From Mobula hypostoma (lineage: Eukaryota): a stretch of DNA of 64,000 bases. How positions within the stretch are numbered: the stretch's first letter is position 1; each line of letters starts with the position of its first letter. Of this stretch, positions 33,937 to 45,900 are shown one piece after another. The stretch lies in assembly GCF_963921235.1 (NCBI RefSeq), contig NC_086100.1, positions 200,696,001-200,760,000 on the forward strand, written 5' to 3'. A program made the position numbers and the translations under genes. A model generated the notes under the pieces. The model was not told the DNA's origin. It saw only the letters and a list, made by a program, of their open reading frames with translations, and ran no database searches.

Positions 33937-36900
33937 GTAACGAAGCTGTAGCGCCGCTCCAAATCCCGCGTCGCACCGGAGCGGAGGCTGCCGATCCTTC
34001 CGAAGCTCGGGGTTCTGTGCAGGGGTTGATACAGGGGCTGAGGGGAGATTCCGTCCCGCACCCCGAGGGCCGAGGATCCGGGACTTGGAACATTTTGCTG
34101 ATGGTCAAATGCTTCCCGACGTCTGCTGCAGAATTCTCCAAGTTGGCAATCCCGGCAGAGAAATAGAGATCCCAGGGAGAGGCCAGTGAGTTAGGATGTA
34201 GTTCTAACCCTCAACCCAAAATCCTCTTCCTTCTCCCATACAACCCATTCTCGCTCTCTCCACCCACCTGAACCCTCTCACTGACCCTTCTGAATAGATA
34301 CCCCTCACCCTCCCTCCCCCACCCACACACCCATCCCCACACTCAAACCCTCCCGCTCTCCCCTACCCACACTCAACCCTCCCTCCCTCCCTCACCCACA
34401 CTCAAACCCTCCCTCCCTCACCCACCCACACTTAACCTCTCCCTCCCTCCCCCACCCACACTCAAACCCTCCCTCCTTCACCCACACTCAACCCTCCCTC
34501 CCTCCCCCACCCACACACCCATCCCCACGCTCAACCCCTCCCGCTCTCTCCCACCCACACACCCATCCCCACAGTCAACCCCCCCCTCCCCACCCACACT
34601 CAAACCCTCCCGCTCTCCCCCTTATCCTCGCCCCCACACTCAACCCCTCACCCTCCCTCCCCCACCCACACTCAACCCCTCCCGCTCTCTCCCCCACACT
34701 CAACCCCCCTCGCTCTCTCCCCCACACTCGAACCCCGTCGCTCTCTCCCCCACACTCAACCCCCCCTCGCTCTCTCCCCCACACTCAACCCCTCCTCACT
34801 CTCTCCCCCACACTCAACCCCCCTCACCCTCTCCCCCACACAACCCCCCTCACTCTTTTCCCCACTCTCAACCCCCCCTCGCTCTCTCCCCCACACTCAA
34901 CCCCCCCTCGCTCTCTCCCCCACACTCAACCCCCCTCGCTCTCTCCCCCACACTCAACCCCCCCTCGCTCTCTCCCCCACACTCGACCCCCTCGCTCTCT
35001 CCCCCACACTTGACCCCCTCGCTCTCTCCCCCACACTCAACCCCCCCTCGCTCTCTCCCCCACACTCAACCCCCTCACTCTCTCCCCCACACTCAACCCC
35101 CCTCGCTCTCTCCCCCACACTCAACCCCCCTTGCTCTCTCCCCCACACTCAACCCCCCCTCGCTCTCTCCCCCACACTCACCAGAGGTCGTGGTACATGT
35201 TGGTACCAATGGCACAGGCAGGAGAGGGGTAGAGGTCCACTGCAGTAAGTTGAGGGAGTTGGGAAGGAGGCTAGAGAGCAGAACCTCCAAGGTGGTCATC
35301 TCCGATTACTCCCAGTGCCACGAGCTGGTGAAGGTCGGAACAGGAAGATAGCACAGATGAATGAGTAGCTGAGCAGATGGTGCAGGGGGCAGGGTTTCAA
35401 GTTCCTGGATCAGTGGAACCTTTTCTGGGAAGGGGTGACCTGTACAAGTGGGATGAGTTGCACCTGAACTGGAGGGGAACCAATATCCTGGGAGGGAGGT
35501 TTGCTAATGCTACTGGGGAGGGTTTGAATTATAAATGCGGGGGCGTGGGAACCATAGTGAAAAAGCAGAGAATGGGCCAGTTGGTTCACAGGTAGAGACA
35601 GCTCGTAGGGAGTTTGTGAGGAAGGACAGGCAGTTGTTAGAGCAAAGATGCACTCAGCCTGATGGTTTCAGATGTGTCTATTTTAATGCAAGGAGTATCA
35701 TAAACAAGGCAGATTAAACTAGAGCGTGAATCAATATGTGGAACTATGATATTGTGGCCATTACAGAGACTTGGATGTCTCAGGAGCAGGAATGACTGCT
35801 GAGTGTTCCGGGCTTTAGATGTTTCAAAAAGAACAGAGAGGGAGGCAAAAGAGGTGGGGGAGTGGCATTGCTAATCAGAGATAGTGTCACGGCTGCAGAA
35901 AAGGAGGAAGTCATGGAGGGATTGTCTACTGAGTCATTCTGGGTGTAAGTTAGAAACAGGAAGGGGGCAACAACTCCACTGGGAGTTTTTATAGACCCCC
36001 TAATAGTAGCAGAGATATTGAGAAGCAGATAGGGAGGTAGATTCTGGAATAGTTCAATAATAATAGGGTTGTTGTGATGATTGATTTTAACTTTCCAAAT
36101 ATTGTCTGACAAATATTGACATATGACACAAAGGTTGGAGGTGTATAACACAGAGGTTGGAGGTGTTGTGGTTAGTGTGGAGAGCTGACAGAGGTTACAG
36201 CGGGACATCGATAGGATGCAAAACTGGGCTGAGAAGTGGCAGATGGAGTTCAACCCAGGTAAGTGTGAGGTGGCTCATTTTGGTAGGTCAAGTACAATGG
36301 CAGAATATAGTATTAATGGTAAGACTCTCGGCAGTCTGGAGGATCAGAGGGATCTTGGAGTCTGAGTCATTAATAATGACCTTTCAATACTGGGAAATTG
36401 CAAATATTACTCCACTATTTTAGAAGGGTGGGAGGCAGCAGAAAGGAAACTATAGACCTGTTAGTCTGACATCAGTGGTTGGGAAGTTGTCGGAATCGAT
36501 TGTTAGGGATGAGATTATGGAATACTTGGAGGCACATGACAAGATAGGCCAAAGCCCGCATGGTTTCCTGAAAGGAAAATCCTGCCTGACTAACCTACTG
36601 CAATTTTTTAAGGAAATTACAAGCAGGGTAGACAAAGGAGATGCAGTGGACGTGGTGTACTTGAATTATCAGAAGGCCTTTGGCAAGGTGCTGCACATGA
36701 GACTGCTTAGCAAGATAAGAGCCCATGGAGTTACAGGGAAGTTACTAACATGGGTGGAGCATTGGCTGATTGGCAGAAAACAGAGAGTGGGAATAAAGGG
36801 ATCCTATTCTGGCTGGCTGCTGGTTACCAGTGGAGTTCCACAGGGGTCGGTGTTGGGACCGCTGCTTTTTACGACGTATGTCAAAGATTTGAACAATGGG

Positions 36901-39900
36901 ATTAATGGATTTGTGGCTAAATTTGCCGATGATAAAAAGATAGGTGGAGGAGTGGGAATGTTGAGAAAACGGAGAGCCTGCAGGGAGACTTAAATAGTTT
37001 AGAGGAATGGGCAAAGAAGTTGCAAATGAAATACAATGTTGGAAAGTGTATGGTCATGCACTTTGCTGGAAGAAATAAACAGGCAGACAATGAGAGTGGG
37101 GGAGATTCAAACAAGAGGACATGAGTTGAGAGTTAAAGGGTAAAAGTTTAGGGGTAACATGAGGGGGAACTTCTTTACTCAGAATGGCAGAGCAGACTCG
37201 ATGGGTCGAATGGCCTACTTCTGCTCCTATATCTTATGGTCTTATCAGAGGTAGGGTTTTTACACAGAGTGCTGGGTGCCTGGAAAACACTGCTGGGGGT
37301 GGTGATAGAGACCGATGCCTTCGGGGCATTTAGACAACTCTTGGACAGGTGGATGTATACAAAATGGGGGGTTAGGGACTGATCTCGGAGTAGATTAACG
37401 ATGGGCACAACACAGTGTGAAGAGACTATTTTGCAATGTATTGTGCTCTATTTTATCTATTTATTTACTATTTGACGATGCACCTCGGTAACATGCCCTT
37501 CAGGTGCAATGAGTCCGTACCAAGAATTTACCCACCTGACCCATTAAACTGCTAACCCGCACGTCTTTGGAATATGGGAGGAAGCGAAGGGAAATCCACA
37601 GCGTCACTGGGAGAACTCCTTACGGACAGTGGCGGGAAGTGAACCCGGGACGCGGGCGCTGCAACAGCTTTACGCTGACGACTACGTTACCATAGCACCC
37701 AATCTTAGGTAGGGTGGTAGATGATGGAAAAATGGAGGCTATGTGGGACAGAAGGGTTAGATTGCTCTCGGAGTGGGTTAAAAGATCGGTACAACATTGT
37801 GGGCCGAAGAGCCTATGCTGTTCTATGTTGTATTTTGAGTTGAGACCAGCCCTCACATAGATATTACAGACTTCCATCAACATTGTTATCACTCTCGCTT
37901 TACAAACGGCAAACGCCCAGCACTGATCCAGAACTCCGGACCCTACCAGGTGCCATTTGTCCTGACCCTCTCTCCCTCTCTCCCTCTCTCCCTCTCTCTC
38001 TCTCCCCCTCTCTCTCTCTCCCTCTCCCTCTCTCTCCCTCTCCCTCTCTCTCCCTCTCCCTCTCTCCCCCTCTCTCTCTCTCCCTCTCCCTCTCCCTCTC
38101 TCTTCCTCTCTCTCCCTCTCTCTCCCTCTCTCCCTCTCTCCCTCCGTTTCTCCCTCTCTCCCTCCCTCTCTCCCACTCTCTCTCCCCTCTCCCTCTCTCC
38201 CTCTCTCTCCCCTCTCTCCCTCTCCCTTTCTCCCTCTCTCTCCCCCTCTCCCTCTCTCTCCCTCTCCCTCTCCCCCTCCCCCCTCTCTCCCCCTCTCTCC
38301 CTCTCCCTCTCTCCCTCTCCCTCTCCCTCTCTCCCTCTCCCTCTCTCCCTCTCTCCCTCTCTCTCTCTCCGTGGGGTGGGAGCTTGGGGGACGGAGAAGC
38401 GATTGTGTGTTGGAAATGGTTCCCATGGAGGGTTGTGTCTGTGCCAGGGGTCGGCCGGTACATTGCTCAGGACTTCGCCCGGAGGAACGCCCGTGTGATC
38501 CTCGCCTGTCGCAGCGAGGAGCGAGGGCGGAGGGCCGAGCGGGAGATCCGACAGAGGACGGGCAACGGCAACGTGCACCTCCGCATCCTCGACACCAGCT
38601 GCATGAAGTCGGTGCGGGAGTTTGCCGAGCGGATCCAGCGGGAGGAGAGGCGGCTCGATATCCTCGTCAACAACGCGGGCGCATCCGGTAACCAGACGGG
38701 TCATAGAGAACATAGAAAATAGGTGCAGGAGTAGGCCATTCAGCCCTCGAGCCTGCACCGCCATCAGTATGATCATGGCTGATCATTCAACTCAGAACCC
38801 TGTACCTGCCTTCCCTCCATACCCCCTGATCCCTTTAGCCACAAGGGCCATATCCAACTCCCTCTTACATATAGCCAATGAACTGGCCTCAACTGTTTCC
38901 TGTGGCAGAGAATTCCACAGATTCACCACTCTCTCTGTGAAGAAGTTTTTCCTCATCTCGGTCCTAAAAGGCTTCCCCTTTATCCTTGAACTGTGACCCC
39001 TCGTTCTGGACTTCCCCAACATCGGGAACAATCTTCCTGCATCTAGCCTGTCCAATCCCTTTAGAATTTTATACGTTTCAATCAGATCCCCCCTCAATCT
39101 CCTAAATTCCGGAGAGTATAAGCCTAGCCGATCCAGTCCTTCATCATATGAAAGTCCTGCCATCCCAGGAATCAATCTGGTGAACCTTTTTTGTACTCCC
39201 TCTATGGCAAGAATGTCTTTCCTCAGATTAGGGGACCAAAACTGCACACAATACTACAGGTGTGGTCTCACCAAGGCCTTGTACAACTGCAGTAGTATCT
39301 CCCTGTTCCTGTACTTGAATCCTCTCGCTATAAATGCCAGCATACCATTCGCCTTTTTCACCACCTGCTGTACCTGCATGCCCACTTTCAATGACTGGTG
39401 TATAATGACACCCAGGTCTCGTTGCACCTCCCCTTTTCCTAATCGGCCACCATTCAGATAATAATCTGTTTTCCTATTTTTGCCACCAAAGTGTATAACC
39501 TCATATTTATCCACATTAAATTGCATCTGCCATGAATTTGCCCACTCACCCAACCTATCCAAGTCACCCTGCATCCTCTTAGCATCCTCCTCACAGCTAA
39601 CACTGCCACCCAGCTTTGTGTCATCCGCAAACTTGGAGATGCTGCATTTAATTCCCTCATCTAAGTCATTAAGAAATATTGTAAACAACTGGGGTCCCAG
39701 CACTGAGCCTTGTGGTACCCCACTAGTCACTGCCTGCCATTCTGAAAAGGTCCCATTTATTCCCACTCTTTGCTTCCTGTCTGCCAACCAATTCTCCACC
39801 CACACCAATACCTTACCCCCAATACCGTGTGCTTTAAGTTTGCACACTAATCTCCTGTGTGGGACCTTGTCAAAAGCCTTTTGAATATCCAAATGTACCA

Positions 39901-42900
39901 CATCCACTGGTTCTCCCCTATCCACTCTACTAGTTACATCCTCAAAAAATTCTGTGAGATTCGTCAGACATGATTTTCCTTTCATAAATTCATGCTGACT
40001 TCGTCTGATGATTTCACCACTTTTCAAATGTGCTTTTATCACATCTTTGATAACTGACTCTAGCATTTTCCCCACCAATGATGTCAGGCTAACCGATCTG
40101 TAATTCCCTGGTTTCTCTCTCCCTCCTTTTTTAAAAAGTGGGGGTTACATTAGCCACCCTCCAATCCTCAGGAACTAATTCAGAATTAAAGAGTTTTGAA
40201 AAATTATCACTAATGCATCCACTATTTCTTGGGCTACCTCCTTAAGCACTCTAGGATGCAGACCATCTGGCCCTGGGGATTTATCTGCCTTCAATCCCTT
40301 CAATTTACCTAACACCACTTCCCTACGAACATGTATTTCCCTCAGTTCCTCCATCTCACTAGACCCTCGGTCCCCTACTATTTCCGGAAGATTATTTATG
40401 TCCTCCTTAGTGAAGACAGAACCAAAGTAGTTATTCAATTGGTCTGCCATGTCCTTGTTCCCCATAATTAATTCACCTGTTCTGACTGTAGGGGACCTAT
40501 ATTTGTCTTAACCAATCTTTTTCTTTTCACATATCTATAAAAGCTTTTACAGTCAGTTTTTATGTTCCCTGCCAGCTTTCTCTCATAATCTTTTTTCCCT
40601 TTCCTAATTAAGCCCTTTGTCCTCCTCTGCTGAACTCTGAATTTCTCCCAGTCCTCAGGTGAGCCGCTTTTTCTGGCTAATTTGTATGTTTCTTCTTTGG
40701 AATTGATACTATCCGTAATTTCCCTTGTCAGCCACAGATGCACTACCTTCCCTGGTTTATTCTTTTGTCAAACTGGGATGAACAATTGTTGTAGTTCATC
40801 CATGCAACCTTTAAATGCTTGCCATTGCATATCCACCGTCAATCCTTTAAGTGTCATTTGCCAGTCTATCTTAGCTAATTCACATCTCATACCTTCAAAG
40901 TTACCCTTCTTTAAGTTCAGAACCTTTGTTTCTGAATTAACTATGTCAGTCTTCATCTTAATGAAGAATTCCACCATATTATGGTCACTCTTACCCAAGG
41001 GGCCTCTCATGACAAGATTGCTAATTAACCCTTCCTCATTGCTCAAAACCCAGTCCAGAAGGGCCTGCTCTCGAGTTGGTTCCTCGACCTGTTGGTTCAG
41101 AAAACTATCCCGCATTCATTCCAAGAAATCCTCTTCCTCAGCACCCTTACCAATTTGGTTCACCCAGTCGACATGGAGATTGAAGTCACCCATTATAACT
41201 GCTGTTCCTTTATTGCACACATTTCTAATTTCCTGTTTAACGCCATCCCCAACCTCATACTACTGTTAGGTGGCCTGTACACAACTCCCACCAGTGTTTT
41301 CTGCCCCTTAGTGTTATGCAGCTCTACCCATATTGATTCCACATCCTCCCGGCTTATGTCCTTCCTTTCTATTGTGTTAATCTCCTCTCTAACCAGCAAT
41401 GCTACCCCACCTCCTTTTCTTTCATGTCTATCCCTCCTGAATATTGAATATCCCTGAACGTTGAGCTCCCATCCTTGGTCACCCTGGAGCCATGTCTCTG
41501 TGATCCCAACCATATCATAATCATTAATAACAATCTGCACTTTCAATTCATCCACCTTGTTACGAATGCTCCTTGCATTGACACACAAAGCCTTCAGGCT
41601 TGCTTTTACAACACTCTTAGCCCTTATACAATTATGTTGAAAAGTGGCCCTTTTTGATTTTTGCACTGGATTTGCCGGCCTGGCACTTTTACTTTTCCCT
41701 TACTACTTTTTGCTTCTACCCTCATTTTACACCCCTCTGCCTCTCTGCACTTGTTCCCGTCCCCCCGCCACATTAGTTTAAATCCTCCTGAACAACAGTG
41801 GCAAATGCTCCCCCTGGGACATTGGTTCCAGTCCAGCCCAGGTGAGGACCGTCCTGTTTGTACCCGTCCCACCTCCTCCAGAACTGGTTCCAATGCCCCA
41901 GAAATTTGAATCCCTCCCCCTTGCACCATTTTTCAAGCCACGTATTCATCTGAAATAACCTCCTATTTCTACTCTGACTAGCAAGTGGCACCGGTAGTAA
42001 TCCAGAGATTATTACCTTTGTGGTCCTACTTTTTAGTTTATCTCCTTACTCCCTAAATTCACCTTGTAGGACCTCATCCCGTTTTTTACCTATATCCTTG
42101 GTGACTATGTGCACCACGACCACTGGCTGTTCACCCTCCCACTCCAGAATGTCCTGCAGCCGCTCAGAGACATCCTTGACCCTTGCACCAGGGAGGCAAC
42201 ATACCCTCCTGGAGTCTCGTTTGCAGCCGCAGAAATGTCTATCTATTCCCCTTACAATCGAATCCCCTATCACTATAGCTCTCCCACTCCCTTTCCTTCC
42301 CTCCTGTGCCGCAGAGCCACCCATGGTGCCATGAACTCGGTTGCTGCTGCCTTCCCCTGAGGAGACATCTCCCCCAACAGTATCCAAAACAGTATATCTG
42401 TTTAGGAGGGAGGTGACCTGCACTACCTGCCTACTGCTACGCTGTCTAATGGCCACCCATTCCCTTTCTGCCTGTGTATCTGTGGTGTGGCCAACTCACT
42501 GAACGTGCTATTCACGACTTTCTCAGCATCGCGGATGCTCCAGTGTGAATCCAGTCGCAGCTCCAGCTGCTCAATGCGGTCTGCCAGAAGCTGCAGCTGG
42601 ACACATTTCCTGCACACATAGTCGTCAGGGACACTGGAAGTATCCCTGATCTCCCACATGCTTCAGGAGGAACAAACCATGGGGCTGATCTCAGCTGTCA
42701 TGACCTACCCAATACGATACAGCCTCGCCACCTTCCTTGCTTCAAATAAAAACCCGCTGCAGACCGTTCTCCTTTTAAAGGAACTTACCCGGCCTTCCCT
42801 CACTTAGAGCGAAGCTCGTCCTCAGCCTCTGCTCGCCGAAGCCTCTCGAGCCAAAGCCTCCCTACTCTGTCTCCCTCTACTCCATCGTCCACTACAACGT

Positions 42901-45900
42901 CGCCCACTCAGTCGAACTGCTCTCTTTTAAATACTCCCGCTGCTTCATGGACTGACTTTCACGCGCGGAGGAGTGAGGGGAAAGGGGAGGCTTGGGAGAG
43001 GAGAGAGGGCGGTGGGGTGGGGGGACAGAGCAGGGAGTTTTATGGGAGGGTTGTAGAGTGTGCTGGAGAAGTGGCTGAAGGTGGGCAGGGGGAGGGAGTC
43101 TCCAGGACAAGGGGCTCAGCATGGAGGGAAGGGTGGAGTGTCCCAGGGAGGGGTGAGGATGCAGGGAGGGTCGTGGGGAGGCAGTGGTCTGCCATTGGTG
43201 CGGAGCCCTCGTTAGTTTCCGTCACCCTCCACAACCCCCCCCCTCCGCCCCAAGCTGTATGGACTACACCTCAATTGCCCTCTGGGCAAATGCTCACCCT
43301 CCCTGAGACCAGCCTTTTCCCCACCCTCCCTCTACCCCCTCCTCCTCCCCGATACCCACACCACACCTCCTCCCCCTCCCACATCTCACTCCTCTCCCTC
43401 CCCCTGCTTCCTCCCTGACCCCGGGGGCACCTCCCCTGCCCTGCTCCTGGGACAGTCCATTGCCCTCCAGCCCTCTCACCGAGATGACTGGTTCCTGAAC
43501 ATTTTGATAAAGGGTCCCGGCCCAAAACATCAGCTGGTTGTTCCTCCCCATGGACGCTGCCTGGCCTGCTGAGTTCCTGCAGCATTTTGTGTCTGCTTGC
43601 TCTGGATTCGTTATGAAATGTAAAGGACGATGTACCCAACAATCTGTCTCCCCCCAGGTCTGCCGATTGCCGTCACTCCCGAGGGCTTGGAGCTGACCTT
43701 CGCCACCAACCATCTGGGCCACTTCCTGCTGACCAACCTGCTGCTGGGTGAGTGTCCTGTGACTCCTCCCTCCCCCCTCAGTCTCACCAACAACCGCCAC
43801 ACCCCCCAGAATAGACACGTCCAGGGACAGAACACCCCCTCAGCAAAAACACCTCCCACCCTGGGCCTCTTCCTTCTGACCAGCCTGCTGCCGGGTGAGG
43901 GACTCCCATCTGATGCCCCACCCCAGGGGAGGGGAGTCGGCAGTGAGGGGGCATAAGTTCAGAGTGAGAAGGGGAGGGTGTAACAGTGACCTGGGGGTGG
44001 CCGGTGAGCATGAGCGGGACAGGGGAAGCAATACACACAGAATGCCGGAGGGAGGAACTCGGCCGATAGGCAATGTCTGTCGAGGAGAATGGTCACACTT
44101 GTCCAGGGAAACGCTGGCCTGACATTGCTGGCCGTTCTGTTGCAAGGCTGCCTCCGATTTTTGGGTCCCTTTTCTAAGAAAAGATGTGCTGATATTGGAG
44201 AGGGTCCAGAGGGGGTTTACGAGAATGATTCTGGGAATAAAAGACCTCACACAAGACAAACTTTTGATGGCACTGGTCAGGTGCTCGCTGGAATTTAGAA
44301 GATTGAGGTAAGATCTCATTAAAACTTATTGAATATAGAATTTAGAATGGACATGGAGAGGATGCTTCCAACAGTGGGAGAGTCTAAGACCAGAGGGCAC
44401 AGCCTCAGAATAGAGGGACATCTATTTAGATGAGAGATGAGAAGGAATTTCTTTAGCTGGAGAATGGTGAATCTGTGGAATTCATTGCCACAGACGGCTG
44501 CAGTGGCTAAGTCTTTGAGTGTATTTAAAATGGAAGTTGATATGGCCTTGACTCGTCAGGGTGTCAAAGGTTACGGGAGAAGGCATGGTACTGGGTGGGA
44601 AAATAATCAGCCATGATGGAATAGCAGAACAAACCCGCTGGATCGAATGGCCTAATTCTGCTCCTATGTCTTATGGACCAGGTCTGCTGAAGAGGTCTCC
44701 AAGCAGCCGGATTGTAAACGTCTCCTCCATGAACCACAGGCGAGGGGAGGTGAAGCTGGGGCAACTGCGGGGCGAGGACCTGGGACGGCCCCTCTTTGAC
44801 CAGCTCTACAACAACAGCAAACTGATGAATATCCTCTTCACCCTGGAACTCTCCAAGCAGCTACGGCACACAGGTTGGGGGCCGGCTCAGGGTACAGGAT
44901 GGACAGGGGCAGGTTTTGCGTGGATCCAGGGAGAGGCTGAAATTTGGATTGGGTTGGGGGTGGGAGGGGAAGGTCACAAATCTCTGACGTTTCACACAGT
45001 GCAGTGTCACAGAGAACAGCACACATCGCAAAGATGTGCGGATTAATTGGCCGCTGGAAATTGCCCCCAGTGATTGGAGAGGGGGAGTGCGGAATCAATA
45101 TTCATGGACAGCTGTTGGTTAATGCTGACCAGGTGGGCTGAAGGGCCCCTGTGAATCAATTTAAAATTCTCGCTGTCTGTGCAGAAACACAGCATGTCAG
45201 GCAAGTTCTGCAGAGAGAGGGATGGTCGCTATCTTTGACAGGTCCTCTCCTGTGTCCCTATTTAGAATTCTTACTCCTGAAGTTAAGCTGCTGAATTGTT
45301 CATGGCTACAACACTAAGCCTGAACCACGGGTCCTATGAAATCAAACAGGCTCAGCTTGGGGCATTAGTCATCAACCTCCTACAACCTTTGATCCCACTT
45401 CATGGAGGTGAGACTAACTTTATTTTTCACACGTATATTGAAACATACAGTGTAATGTGTCACTTGCTGAGTGCTGGCACGTACTTCCAGTGACAACAGG
45501 AGATACCAACTACTCACAGACCAGAACCCAATCTCTGCATCTTAATGGAATATGGAGCAAATTGAGCACGAGGAGGGTCCCCACCCGTTCTCAGGGAGAA
45601 CGAACAAACTCCTTATAGATAGCGAATGGAAGTGAACCCAGATCAGAGGTGCTGAAATAATGTTAAAAAATCACTGAAATACGGTGACTCCTCTAACCCC
45701 TCACCATTACAGAAACACTGAAATACAGTGACCCCTCTAAACCCTCACCATTACAGAAACACTGAAATACGGTGACCCCTCTAACACCTCACCATTACAC
45801 AACCACTGAAATACAGTGACCCCTCTAACTCCTCACCATTACACAACCACTGAAATACAGTGACCCCTCTAACACCTCACCATTACACAACCACTGAAAT

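Noticed and set aside
34575..35351. Repetitive GGESEG/PPHS ORFs
   Set aside because: Translations of a C-rich minisatellite.
37620..38776. Long RE/RG-rich and SL/SP-rich ORFs
   Set aside because: These are artefacts of the (CT)n tract. Only 38448-38687 is a real exon.
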